Shown: positions 1 to 13,470 of the stretch, piece by piece | Layout: each line of letters opens with the position of its first letter | How positions within the stretch are numbered: the stretch's first letter is position 1 | Assembly: GCA_951406725.2 (NCBI GenBank) | Contig: OX597820.1 | Coordinates: 91,760,001 to 91,824,000, forward strand | From: Octopus vulgaris | Taxonomy: Eukaryota | Reading direction: 5' to 3' | DNA: 64,000 bases | Program-made: the position numbers and the translations under genes | The notes under the pieces: model-generated | Seen by the model: only the letters and a program-made list of their open reading frames with translations | What the model was told of the DNA's origin: nothing | Databases searched by the model: none

Positions 1-918
1 CAGGTTCTTTAATATATGTGAGGAAATTATTTCAGGTTCTCCGATAAAGTGTGTCTTTTCCCTGTTATATTCTTAATGAATTCTTATTTTCATTAATAAA
101 TTTTGTATATTTTAACCATTCTATTCTTCATTCCACTGTTTAATAAAAAATAAAAATTAACGGAAGTGTCTACACACTGGCATGTTCTTTTACATGTTTA
201 AATCACTTGAATTGCCATTCAACCAAAAATAATCTTATATGTGTGTGTATGTATGTATGTATGTATGTGTATGTGCGCGTGCGTGCGTGTGTGTGTGTGT
301 GTGTGTGTTACTCTGAGTGCGTTATAATCCAAGTTGTATCGTCATGGTGCATATCTGCATATTACAGTACTGCAAAGTATATTTGTATTTTTATTTTAAA
401 TAACAATTGAAAATTTAGACATTACTGTTAAGCACTGAAAATTATTAATTGCAGAGTAATTACATAAAACAGAAAAAAATGAAAAAAAATGTTTTTGGTA
501 TAATCTAATCCGCATTATATGTTTCGTTCTTAGTAGGAGTTACATAGGTATAAATGTAGAAAAACATGTAAAATATATAAAAACCTCTTGTTGGCTATTC
601 TTCAGACAGAGAATTAAAATAATGCATTATTTTAAAGAATGAACCATATGTTATGCGGAAAAATGCCAAAGAATTGTTCCAAGTTCATGCTTTAATATGT
701 GCGAGCGCTTGTATGTGCATATACATAAGTGAACACTTTAATGCAGAGATGTAGAAGTTTTAGTATAGACGAGAAGACATCAGCAGACTAGAGAATACAT
801 CTTATTGAAACTAGAGTAACAAATTATATTTAAGATGAAAATTCACATTGCATAGCTTTCAGTGCATGGCTTTATAAACCATTAAAGTGAGAACGGTTAA
901 GGGCAACATCATTTCCAG

Positions 919-1038
919 TGATACAATTATTACCAAGTGTATGAAAAGTTATTATAATACGGAAACGTGGAACAAAGCGTCTATTAATCAAGATGATGAC
1001 GTTAATGACGGGTGTTGTAAATATATTGGGGGAGGAAG
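919..1038 (+). CDS. Weak candidate internal exon (120 nt, phase 2-2) of an unidentified gene
   Basis: catttccag acceptor and AAG|gtaaaa donor. One open frame, DTIITKCMKSYYNTETWNKASINQDDDVNDGCCKYIGGG. End phase is compatible with candidate exon 18866-18918. Could be chance. Confidence 0.15.
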
Positions 1039-1164
1039 GTAAAATAATTATAGTATCTTTAATGTAAACTAACCTGTTCTGATTTTACACCTGCATACAA
1101 ATTCAACCTTAGAAAAAGACAAATTGTCATTATTACTGAACATAAATAAATTTAACTGCATCTT

Positions 1165-1320
1165 ATTTTTTCGGTCGTCTTTTCGTTCTGATTTCAAATT
1201 CTGCCGAGCCAGGCTTTACCTTTCATCATTTTACAGGCAATAAAATATGTAATAGTTGAAAAATGCGGTCCATGTAAGCGGCTTACCTCTCCCCCAAAAC
1301 TGCAGGTCCTGTGCCACATT
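1165..1320 (+). mobile_element. SINE family A, decayed copy
   Basis: Matches the recurring motif gttctgagttcaaattccgccgaggtcgactttgcctttcatcc...gtgcc seen best at 57567-57920. Confidence 0.6.
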
Positions 1321-1364
1321 CTGAACTTAACATTACAGCAAAATACTGCTGTATCTCAATTCTT

Positions 1365-1515
1365 CTGCCGACTTTATGTTTTGAATTGAAATGCTTACCG
1401 AGGTCGATTTTGCATTTGATCACTTCGGAATCGACAAAATAATCACCAGTCGAACATTGAGGTTGATGTTATCGACTTTCTCCTTCCCGTGGAACTGCAG
1501 GTCATGTGCCAAAAA
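1365..1515 (+). mobile_element. SINE family A, decayed copy in tandem with the previous one
   Basis: ccgaggtcgattttgcatttgatcacttcggaatcgacaaaataatcaccagt...gtcatgtgcc aligns by eye with family A. Confidence 0.55.
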
Positions 1516-4318
1516 TGTAGCTTGCACTTGTTTGAATGAAGCTTAGAAATTACGAAGGTCCAATACATGTGACTTTAGTTTAAGCCTTTAGTCAAACAGT
1601 TATTTAAGTAGGCAACAATAATATGCTCTTTGAGCATTCTAAATGGACATATTGTCTTCAGATTTGGAGAAGTTGGATATCTTATGGACGCTTGTTCGCT
1701 AAATTTATGTCACTCTTGCCGAATGTAGTTTTGAGTTCTCCTGATATGAAGGGCATCCACTTATTCATAACTGTAGTTGAGTGACAGAAACAAAAGTCAG
1801 CGCCTAGGAATAGGTATCCCTTTTCTTATTTAAGTTAATTATCTTTACTAATAACGGGAAGCGCCCCGAAGTGATGAATATGATTAATACATATATATTT
1901 TCCTTTTTATTTATAATTATCAGCTGTGGAAATGAATGATATAGTCATTTCTTAGCAGTTTAAAGATTTCGGAAATACAATACTCATTATATTTGACCCA
2001 TATCTTAGATATGGGTAAATAAAATTAAATTCTCTTAAATGCATATATTTTATCTCAAATGGTAACATATCTGGTACATTTTATTGTATTTACCCCTAGC
2101 TGCTGTCAATTCAGAAAATACATACGACAGATGCAGCAGACAGGCCCGGGAGCACGTAGATAGAAAAACAGAGAGGAAAGAAATAGACAAACGAGACTGA
2201 AAGTTTAATATTTTCAGTGAGAGAGAATTATATTTTGCCCAACATATATCCCATCTTTACATTGATTATGAGGGAACTGATAACTCTTTGCAGTTATTTT
2301 ATTATTTATGGAATATTTTGATACGTGTTACAAAGGGAAGCATTTGTGTCAATGGCTGTAGAACACAGTCAATTTGCTTCCTCGCTTCACTTATTTGGTT
2401 TCTGGAAGCAGGTTAGGAATATAACTTCAGCTATACCGCAATAAGTGAATAATTTGAACGATATTTTTTAAAATTTTGATTAATCGCATAATTACATCTT
2501 GATTGTTATCTTGTCACTTTAAATGCATTCTTTTTCTTTCACTTATAGCTTATGACACTTCGAACGATTTACACAAAAAACAAACATCGGCCATTACATA
2601 GTATTCAAACTAATTCACGACCAATAATGGCTATTAACCACCGTGTTATTCGGACAAATATCAATTTTCCTAAACCTGTAAGTATATTTTGTTATTTCTG
2701 TTTTAACACTTTTATTGGGTGCCAAAAAGCTTTGATTTGATATGATTCATTTTCTTTATACCTTGTATTATTTCATATAATTTTCTTTTAATTTTGATCA
2801 TTGTCAGGGCAGAACAGAATATATATTGAATCATCAATAGATGCAAAATAGCTACCAGTCACTCATTTAGGTCGCTCTTCCTTTCTATTGTTGTTTACTT
2901 CTTTATTCTACAATTTTATATCACACTTTATAAATATCTCTCTCCATTAAAGCGACGTTCCCTTGATAAACTATATAAAGACGTTGTCTTCGGTGATGCC
3001 CCAGTGGCCATGTTTTATTATTGGTGTACTCATATTTCAGATTTTATTTCAATAAAAATACTAGCTAAATAAAACGCATTTCATTTCAATTATCCATCGC
3101 AGTTTAACACATGGACACTACAATACTCAAAGGCCTGAATTTGGTATTCAATATTTCTAAATGTTACACTGGTTTCCTTTTGAACTTTGGACCTCCAAAT
3201 CATACCATAGGCAATAATAAGTAATAATAATGACAGTAATAAACCAACAAATATTTGTAACTTTAACATATTACACTAGTGCACCCATTATGCGTTTCCT
3301 TTACAAGATATCAAAGCGAAACCAAACTGGATTGAACTGACTATTTATTTAAGCGTATAACTGACAGAATGTTTGGAAACTAAAATGAAAAATCACTTTC
3401 GTAATGGGTTTATTCGACTTACATAGAAAATATGTTGAAATTGTCTTTTTAAGTTCATAGAGAAGCACACTGGTGTATGAATAAGTCAGTATATTCGTGG
3501 GTACAAAATAAAAACAAATGTATTAACATTATTAAAATATATATAATCAGAAATGTGTAACTGTGGGTCTGAGCTAGCTGAGCTAGTGTAAGAGCGTGCT
3601 TGCGTGAATGTGTCCCCATATGAGTATTTGGGTACATTGACGATAAAAAAAGGTATTCACATACACGCATTATTACAGGTATAGAAAAAGACACAGATAG
3701 ACAAACGGACAGAAAATGACAGACGGGAATAGATAAAGAGAACGAAAGAGAAATAAAGAAAAACGCTTACGTATATCTTTATTGACTAAGTTCCTTTAAA
3801 TTTTTCTTTCTCAAAAGACGAAATAGACGTTTGCACTCATAGTTACTAGTGTTCGTGATTAACAGCATGAGACCTATCTTAAAGCATTGGTTTAATCTAA
3901 CATTAAAACAATCTTATATCTTTTCTCGTATAGAAGCTATTACCTATTCTCTAAGAGTTTTCATAGAATTGCAAAACGATTTATTGTCTCACCATATGAA
4001 ATATTTTCGTCGGGAAATATCCCAACTTAAAAAAAGAAAATACAAAATCCTGAAGATTTGCAACATGAATGTTCTTAAAGATAATTTCTGCAGAAAAATA
4101 TATCACCCATAAAGTCAACGACACTTCATCACTACGTATAATTGGATTTTTGCCATTAATTTCACTCACCAGTAAATTTATTAATGCTGAATTAATTTGA
4201 ACATTAGCGGTGGTTATTAATGATTAGAATTACTTGTTCGCTACATCATATTTTTGCGATCTCCCTTTACAATAACGTCTTCCTTCCTTTCCTTTTCTTT
4301 TTTAGGAGTAACATATAC

Positions 4319-4366
<48 letters not shown>

Positions 4367-4782
4367 TACCCGTTTTCTTTTTATGCTACTGTGCCTAATT
4401 AAATATCCAATAGCACTGGAACATCTGAAAATATTTTAGGCAAAGATTTGCTTCCAATAATTGAAATAAACTTATTTAAACTGAAAAATGCTATGATATG
4501 CAAGATTATTTTCCCAGCTATACCTGTGAAAGACAAATAAATAAACTTTATTTTGAATTTACTTAATTTAGAGCACTGAAACTTATATTTTTACTTATCA
4601 TTCATTTCAAGTTTCTAATTCCTGCTTAAAACTTTCTTGAAAAAGCCTTTACTTTGCAAATCAAACTTTAAAAATATGGTAAATAGAGGTAAGATTCGCT
4701 TCATCCAGTGCTATAAGCCATATAGTCTCTTCTCAGCTCTTTCATCCTCTCCTGCCTTTTCTCACTCTCTATCTATCTATTC

Positions 4783-5016
<234 letters not shown>

Positions 5017-5334
5017 TGATGTGATGTATCGGTTTTATATATTAAGAAAAATCTAAAATCCTACTTCATTTTTGTTAAAATACGAAGAATGCTGAAAAGT
5101 TTCTGGCTTTAACAATATTGCAAAAGGCCTGGTTGGAACCCCAATATTCCATTGCAGTTACTTAGTGACATTACATACATTTTGAAATGGTAAAGTAGTA
5201 TATGTAAGTCACCTGGAACATGTGCAATAATTGTGCTAACCTATAAACACACACACACATACACACACGTAAGCGCAGACATCTACGCATACATTCTCAT
5301 ACATACATATGTGATTTAATGTTCATGGTTGAAA

Positions 5335-5790
5335 AGAGTAAAAGAGAACAAGGTTTAAGTCGTGTTTGATATCATTAATGCAATGCGCGAGGGTCAGGCA
5401 TTGATGTGAGATGAGGATTTGGCACGGTACAATGACAGGTCAGTAGTCCAGTTACATTTGGACACTATAGGCTGGCTCACATTGTCTGCTTTGGGAATTT
5501 TGAGTAGGAAGCAGATAGTGGAGATGAGATATGACATTGAGGTTAGTGGTAGTGGTTGGAAAGGAGACAGAACAGATAGGTTGAAGATCAGTGCGGAACA
5601 CTTGCTTCTAGTGGTAGCTGGTGTAATCGTTTGGTATCATGAAGTAGAATCGGGGGTCATTGAATTGCCGGATTCCTTCTTGGTGTGTTCTTCAATCATG
5701 ACAGTGTCTTATCGATCAGTTTAGCAAAGATGTGCCTCCATTTATGAACCTTTTGGCTGGAGCTGTGTTCCGATGGGGAATGTTTGAGCT
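5335..5790 (-). mobile_element. Penelope-like element RT N-terminal fragment, decayed
   Basis: Minus-strand peptides IRQFNDPRFYFMIPNDYT and LLKIPKADNVSQPIVSKCNWTT resemble the PLE RT motifs RQLxDxxFY and LPKIHKxxxPGRPIVS. Stops and frameshifts present. Confidence 0.6.
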
Positions 5791-7131
5791 ACTCTTTTTA
5801 AATACAGACACATAAATCCAAACGACCTTTATTGACAAATAAATTGACCAAATGGTGTAAACGCATACTTGATCTCGAGTTTGAGTTATGCTTCGTAAGA
5901 TTGGTTAAGTGGTCAGATATATATATATATATGTATAAGAAAAAGAGTTTTGTGCAAAAGAACATCTCAAATGAATGCATCGTTTATATTATTACACAGA
6001 AACGCTTAGAAACGCAAATATAAAAAAACATTTACATATATGATTTGATTACATACATATATACAGATGTGCGTACATATGTATGCATTCATATGTAGCT
6101 ATTTACCTATCAATCTCTATATCAATTTATATAGATAACCGGTTGTAGGTCGACTTATAATTGAATTTCAAAATCACTCAAATTTGTAAAGTACACATTT
6201 ATTATTGTTTAACAAGAGCAGTTTTGACAGTAATACAAAATTTCGGCCTGTTTAAACTGCTTATCCGTTAAAGGCAAAGTAGGTAGAAACTTCGAAATCA
6301 TCAATACTATAAATATATATTATACACATAAATGTATTGCAAGATTTCTAACCATGCATATTTAATATCACATTCAGAATCTCATTCAATTATAAGGTAT
6401 CAAATGTATATTATGCAACAAGGTTGCAGCGTTATTTGTCAGGAAGTGTTTCTGCGTAATAATACAAACTATGCATTATTTTGAGATGTTCCTTTGCACA
6501 AAACTCTTATTCTTTTTTAAAGTAACTCATAGCTTTTACTGTTTATATAAATATTGCTAAATGATGAAATATGTATGTCATTATATCTGCTTGTGTTTAT
6601 AATATTTCTGGTAATATGAAATCGGTGTACAGGGACTGTTTTAACCATCCTTAATTTATCTATATTTTAGCACTTAATAGATTTAAGTATTTGTTTAAAT
6701 ATTTCTTAAATATTTGTTTAAGATAGAGAAAAAATGATGTGTAATAAGAAGATGGAAGCTTTAGTAATAACAAACGTGAGACTTTAGTAAGCATTAAAGT
6801 TTGATAGTTCTTTAATTTAATGGTTACTTTCCAAGCGTATTGCATACGATACAACAAATCATATTTTCCTTCTTAATACGCGAAGATATAAAATGATATT
6901 CAAATGCATTTTGTTAGGTGCAAATTGATATAATTTCTTCTTCAAATTTTGCTTTATGGACTAGGAGTGTATTGTCTTCTAATGTATGAACTAAATAGAA
7001 ATATAAAATGTTTTCAAAACTGATTGCTATTAGGTTTCCATTATAAATAATTATTAATGTGCGCTTTGCATAATATATAAACTTATTTCAAAATTCCAAA
7101 ATAACAATTCCATGAATATTAATATAATGGC

Positions 7132-7178
<47 letters not shown>

Positions 7179-7309
7179 TTACAAGTATACAGAAACACGC
7201 GAATACATAATAACATACAGACATACGCATATACGTTGGCAAGGAACTAAAGTATGAGTTGTCTACCCCCGTCGATGAATGAATCATTTATATAGATATA
7301 TCTACCTAC

Positions 7310-7348
<39 letters not shown>

Positions 7349-10300
7349 CTAGCAGAATTGCCCGGCGTTGCTCGGGGCTGAATTGCTTGAAAGTACTGTT
7401 AATGATTGCACTGAATTATGATGATTATTCAGGCAAATATTGATATAAGTTTACGGCGAATGAATGTATTTGTAAGCGTATAGAATGCCGTGTAAAGGGG
7501 TACCTACCCTCTCGTTGAATGGTGTAAGAATTGAATGCGAGATTGTCTTGAAAAGAGCCATGTTATTGTTCTCATAATTGTAAGAATTTGAAAGTCGTGG
7601 AAGGCGGTGTAAAACATTCGTAGGTGAATAGGGTATCTTCGTTTTCCACGAACGGCAGCGGATGTGCTGTTACAAAACTTCATGCTGTGTTAAAAGAGAA
7701 TGAATGCCCTATGTAGGCAAGAGGGGAATGAAGCATGGGTAAGTAAATGTGGGTAATTTATAGAATATAGAACAATAGCATCTACTCACCATATGTCAGA
7801 CCGGCAAGACTGTAGTGGTGCTTAATAGATGAATCACAACACAGTGGTGGAGATGTTTTCATTGATGGGCGTTATGATTAAATTTGCTGTTGTATAAAAT
7901 GATCTGTTGCTTGGTTTCCAAAGTGTATGTTGCGATCGTGTTGTCGCTTATGTAAACTTTAACAGTGAGAGTGTAGATGTAGGGGGTAGATGTGTCATGT
8001 ACGTTGGATATAGAAGATGAGGCTGGTGGTTTGATGATGAATGGATAGAAATAGAGGTGAGTGAAGGACAGGTGTTGGTTAAGTGTGAATTAAGGTCATG
8101 AAACGCCTAAAAATGTAAATGCTATCATAAAAGAGAGTCGTATGTAAGTGAAATACTAGCGTGTTCGAAAATGATGAAACGTAGTAATCCTATAAAACCT
8201 CCTTGTACACAATGCTTTTTTGTTTTTCGTTGTGGAACGAATGCGAAAGCATCACTGTTGCTGCCGACACGCGAGCAGGCAACATAAAGCTGACCATGAG
8301 ATCAACATGACTCTCCCAAATGTATTCCCACCACAGACAGTGTTTGACCCTGCGCTTTGTTAATTGACATGGCGAAACATGGCCTTACTGGGAACTGGGA
8401 CCTCAGAAATATGAAAGGTAGGTCTGCTCCTGATGGGAAAAGATGCATCCTAGGTATGAGCACAACATTGACTCGACCGCACCCTGTGATAATGGTGGCC
8501 TCAATCAGATTGGGAGATAAGGACTTAACGATGAAACATGTGCCATTGCATTGTTTTGGGGGAACCAAATTTCTAATGAGCATTATAGGGGCACCAACTT
8601 TAAGTTTGAGAATGTGTGGTGGTAGTCCGGGGGGCTCAAAGGAATTGAGTACCTCTATTGGATAGATGATGACGTCCTCTGGGTCAGGAGTTGTATCGAT
8701 AGACTTATATACATAGACATCCCCAGGTATGGGTTTTAGCATTTCATCATTAATATGGTGAATAGTTTTATTCCTCGGGGCCAGAACAGCCCTTTGGCCA
8801 ATCCAATCCATATTCTGATAATTAGCTTGTAGATCTGGGAACACTGCATCTCTGAGATCAGAAGGCGTTTTAACAATGGTACAAATGGAATCGATGGCAA
8901 TATTACCATTTTCATCCCCTGGTATTTTGCCTTCGCCAAGTGCAAGGAGGGTGTGATAAAATGCTGCTGATGTGATATCACGTCGTATATGAGCACGCAT
9001 ATTGGTGTGAAGTTTGAGAGTCTTCACCAGTGACCACAATGTGGATGACTTAAGATACGCACTTACTGCACCAGCTCTAGTCCCTTTGGGAATAACGGGA
9101 AGTATTTGTCGGAAGTCACCTGAAAGAAGAGGTGTTATGCCTCCCATGGGAGCTGAAGAATGTTTGATGTCTCTGAGAGATCTATCTAGTGCCTGAAGAG
9201 CACATCTGTGGGCCATCGTGCATTCATCGCAAACGATAAGCTTGCATCGTCTGAAAACTTCTGCCTGATCGGAGCTGTTACTGATGTTGCCATTTGGTGT
9301 CTCAGTCTTCGCTAAGTCAAGCGGGAGCTTGAAAGTGGAGTGAGCTGTCCTGCCGCCTGGCAACAAAGTAACCGCAATTCCAGATGATGCCACAGCTAGG
9401 GCAATGCCTTGTGTTCGCCTAATCTCAGCCAATATTAATTTGTTGACAAAAGTTTTCCCAGTGCCCCCAGGAGCGTCCAGGAAAAAAATCCCCCCAGCTT
9501 TGGCCTGGACTGAATTAATAACGGAGTTGTAAGCGAACTTCTGTTCTGGAAAGAGTTTTGGCTCATAGTCGGCTATGTACTCGGCAAGCTCGTCAACATT
9601 AAAACATGTCTCACGCAGCAAATGTGAAGACAGAGTGTTTGTGCCTTCCCGGTTTGTTGAAGGTAGGACATAGACCGGCAAGGCACTACCGCCCATATCA
9701 AGTACAGTATCTTCGAACGTAGTTTGTTACCACACAGCCACACCTGCCCCTATGTATGTGTGTGTGTGCGCATGTGTGTATGGGTAGATATATTATGCAT
9801 GTATATATGTGTATATATATATATGTGTACATATTACATGTACATCTATATATATACATCTACACATAAAATACAAAATACAAAGTTATATCTTGGTATC
9901 GCTAGTGATAACAATACTCAAAATATATATCAGACTGGAATTGTTGGCCCGTCTCTTACAATTTCGATCAATTGGATCTTGTCCTCCATCTTGTATAGAA
10001 GTGTACGGCTGCAGCGAAATTCATTTTTGGACTTTCTTCTATCGAAGGCATTTTAACAAAAATGCTTCCGTAAAGACGGTGAAAATATTGTCAATTTCCC
10101 CAAACAGGGACACAATTCAATTTTTAAACAATAACCAAAGCCCCTTCTCCGTAAGGGGAAGGTTACGGTTTACAATTATTTAACAAATGCAACACAACAA
10201 CGTTTCCCTGACGAGGAACCAACAAACGTGATTACAATAGTCAAACAGTAATAATAATAACCACAATCCTTTTTAATTTATCCCCATTTATGTGAAACCA

Positions 10301-10797
10301 CTTATTCAAGTTCAAGTCATTGATGCAATTTTATACGAATTGCAAATACACACGCACATACACACACACACACACATAATAAGGGTGAAAAATTGAATAT
10401 TAATTTGATTAATATGAATTGAAAACTAGTGGTGTAGCATATAAGACCATAGCGGATCTTCCTCTAGCAAAAAGGATGACCAGTATTAATGGCTCATCCC
10501 TGTTATATAATACTTTGACTTTAATAGTTTCACACTTGCAAAGCGAAAGTAGGGTGAAGTGTGGTGGTAATAGCAGGAGTAAACCACTTGAAATGAGAGA
10601 GGGAAATCGTAAAATATTGAGTTTTCTCGAATTTTTGCTTAATTGGGGGTCAAATTGAAAAAAACTTTACATGCCATGACCCAATCGAATCTATTTGGAA
10701 AAATCATAGGTAAATTCCAATTGAAGAAATTCGATATTGTAGAATTGTATTAAAAAGAAACATGGGAACAGGCAGAGAAAATCTGCCTTTTATCATA

Positions 10798-10800
<3 letters not shown>
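7349..10800 (-). mobile_element. Helitron, internally deleted (Rep/HUH domain missing), both termini present, inserted in (TA)n
   Basis: On the minus strand, the 5' end is A|TCTTATGATAAAAGGCAG at 10800. The 3' end is hairpin CCCGAGCAACGCCGGG (7376-7361), then CAATTCTG-CTAG|T ending at 7349. A/T target site and internal Pif1 helicase. Confidence 0.88.
8190..9720 (-). pseudogene. Helitron Pif1-family (SF1B) DNA helicase domain, N-terminally truncated, with a premature stop and a frameshift near the C-terminus
   Basis: ORF 8302-9696 contains DAPGGTGKTF (Walker A), VASSGIAVTLLPGGRTAHS, IVCDECTM (Walker B), LSGDFRQILPV, TNMR and FAMSINKAQGQTL. After the TGA the frame continues SHGQLYVACSRV, then via a frameshift KSIVYKEVL* ending at 8190. 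Confidence 0.93.
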
Positions 10801-10855
<55 letters not shown>

Positions 10856-11040
10856 GGACAGGCAAAAGGTTGCTTAGCCACATACCGAAAAAATTAGAAA
10901 TAGCAGTCAAAGACTGTCTATTTCTATTTTCTACAAATAACTTTTTTTTAAAAACGTTCCTACCGATAATGGTTATATTTACATACCGAAATCTACCCGT
11001 GAATAATTGTTGTTGTTTTTTTAAACTATTAATTATTTAC

Positions 11041-11114
<74 letters not shown>

Positions 11115-12165
11115 TGTATGTATACATGTGTGTGCACGTGTGTGTGTGTGAATATACACTCAAACACACAAACCTATCATATTTCTCATCGTATAGGGTG
11201 ATCACAAGTACAATACTCTGTCTTGGTACACCCAAGTTTTCTTTCAAGAAATCAACAGTCTAACACTTCAAATTTTAAAATATAAAGAAAAAGTAAACCT
11301 TAAAAGGTTAAAATTCATAGCCAGACTACTGAAACCAGCATAGTTCTTGATTGATTTTTCTTAACTTTTGCTTAATACCTATTGTAAGAAGGCTCTAACA
11401 TCGATTAAAAATAAGGCGTTGCTTATCAAATAGTTATATCCTAAAAGCTAAGTTTATTTCTTGATCTGCTGTCCAACTCAAGCTTTTTCTTTATTTCACT
11501 TTCTTTTTTTTATGTGAGACAACTTCATGTTCTGCTCTGATGTTTTCTAGTTTAGGATGATATGACTGCCTTCGTATAACAGATTGCTAGCTGTCTGGTG
11601 CTTTCTCCAGCTAGAATTTGTTCATTTTCCATAGTATAATTAACTTTGGTATAAATGTCTGAAACATTTGTAGATGCTGTACTGTTATTCTTCTCGGTGA
11701 ATTTCAAGACTATTATATGTCTCTATTCGGTAATCATTTTTGATTATGCTTCCTAATATAATTGCAAGGAATCCTATTAAAGCTTTTTAGAAATAGAATA
11801 GTTATGACAATTTCGCTTATATGCTAAAAATCAAGTATCTACTTAAGAATAGAATATAACAGTCTTTGCTAGACTTATGTGTCTCATAACTGAAATAATG
11901 AAGCATGTAGCCATAGCTACATTCATTTTCAAAAGTTCGTTTACTCTGATTACATTATGTACTATTGAATGTAACGCATATAATCATATATGTGTGAAAT
12001 GTATACATATGTACACACACCCGCACACACACACACAAACATACACATCTATACATGCGTGAGTATATATATATATATATATTCTATTTATTTGGGGATG
12101 GTCATTTTTTGTGCCAACTAAACACCCACGTTATATAGTTTTTATCACTTCACCTTTATTATTCC

Positions 12166-12372
12166 ATTCTACTCTAGGCACAAGACCCGACATTTTCGGG
12201 GAGGGGCCAGTCGATTAGATCGAGCCCAGTACGCAAATGAGTACTTAATTTATTGACCCCGGAAAGATAAAAGGTGAAGTCTTCCTCGGCAGATTTAGAA
12301 CTCAGAACGTAAAGACAGACGAAATACTGCTAAGCATTTCGCCCGGCGTGCTAACGTTTCTGCCAGCCCCCC
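12166..12372 (-). mobile_element. SINE family A, near full length
   Basis: Reverse complement reads gctggcagaaacgttagcacgccgggcgaaatgcttagcagtatttcgtctgtctttacgttctgagttctaaatc...gtgcctagagtagaat, matching other copies. Confidence 0.85.
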
Positions 12373-12386
12373 ACTATACTTCACGC

Positions 12387-12387
<1 letters not shown>

Positions 12388-12476
<89 letters not shown>
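12388..12476. repeat. (ATT)n microsatellite
   Basis: Directly visible. Confidence 0.95.
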
Positions 12477-12478
<2 letters not shown>

Positions 12479-12784
12479 TTATTTATTTATTTTTCTTTGT
12501 CTTAAATCTTCTGTTACACATTATGTGACCGATTCAACGACTGCCCGTGAGGAGACATGTGGGATGGAATGCCGTAGAAAAGGGCAAAGTATGTGCAACG
12601 AAAGATTTCAGATTAAAGTCACTACAATATGAACGATAATAATTAGAAAGCTGCTGTGAAAAAACAGTATATAGAGCGTCACGTTGAATGGCAAAATGTA
12701 ACCTCCCCGAATTATGACAATATCTGTTTCATCACACGAATTCACATCAGGACGTTTTCAAAGGGCACAAGCACACACACACAG

Positions 12785-12812
<28 letters not shown>

Positions 12813-12817
<5 letters not shown>

Positions 12818-13209
12818 ATTAGTGAATGGAAGAAATGGAGTTGAACGAAGATTGTACAGAATTCCTTTTATTACATTCTACACATGTTTCAAAGGCCACA
12901 ATTTTCCAAATTCTGATTAAATAAGGATACCATATTGCAGCTTTCTCTTCAGCTTTTAATCAGAATTTGGAAAATTGTGGCCTGTGAAACATTTGTAGAA
13001 TGTAATAAAAGGAATTCTGTACAATCTTCGTTCAACTCCATTTCTTCCATTCACTAATTATATTAAACTTCAATTATCCGCACCAACGCACGGTTGCAAC
13101 ACCATATGGTCTTATCTCCAACCGTGTTTTTTTCTGCTGTGAGTTTTGCTACCCAGGTATCGGTTAAACTTTTGAATAATCTGTAACAAGAAAATTCATC
13201 TTTCCATTT

Positions 13210-13215
<6 letters not shown>
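12813..13215. mobile_element. PLE-type non-autonomous repeat with inverted 5' duplication (about 109 bp arms) and a hammerhead-like core
   Basis: 12813-12921 is the reverse complement of 12955-13063 (2 mismatches seen). The minus strand carries CTGAAGA-stem-GAAACATGT. Flanked by (TA)n on both sides. Confidence 0.7.
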
Positions 13216-13283
<68 letters not shown>

Positions 13284-13289
13284 TCATAT

Positions 13290-13470
13290 ACTCGAAAAAC
13301 ACCTTAGGAATGGGACCACAGGTTCGAAATTTCCCCAAGACACCCGAAGAAGGCTGGAGGGTATATCTGCCGATACGTTGTGTTAACAACAAACAATATG
13401 AGAACTAATATCCGTCGAATGTAAATAATATAAATAATGTACATAATTCCTCACTTCTTAAGTATAGAAC
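13290..13470 (+). mobile_element. Short PLE-type repeat with a decayed hammerhead-like motif (second copy at 62112-62285)
   Basis: gacac-CCGAAGA-aggctg...ctgcc-GATACGTT-gtgtt. Shares accttaggaat...caggttcgaaatttccccaagacac with the 62112-62285 copy. Confidence 0.6.

Noticed and set aside
2552-3030. Possible ancient LINE RT traces (FIGCQKA resembling FIDxxKAFD; KDVVFGDAP resembling KGVRQGDP)
   Set aside because: Similarity too weak to support without a profile search.
8357-9196. Plus-strand ORFs 8357-8665 and 9014-9196, and minus-strand ORF 8736-8996
   Set aside because: Antisense or alternate-frame shadows of the Helitron helicase.
8302-9696. Host PIF1 gene
   Set aside because: Intronless, truncated, has a premature stop, and lies within Helitron termini; it is transposon-derived.
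11200-11750. Possible further minus-strand PLE RT remnant
   Set aside because: Only scattered two-to-three-residue motif hints; boundaries cannot be supported.
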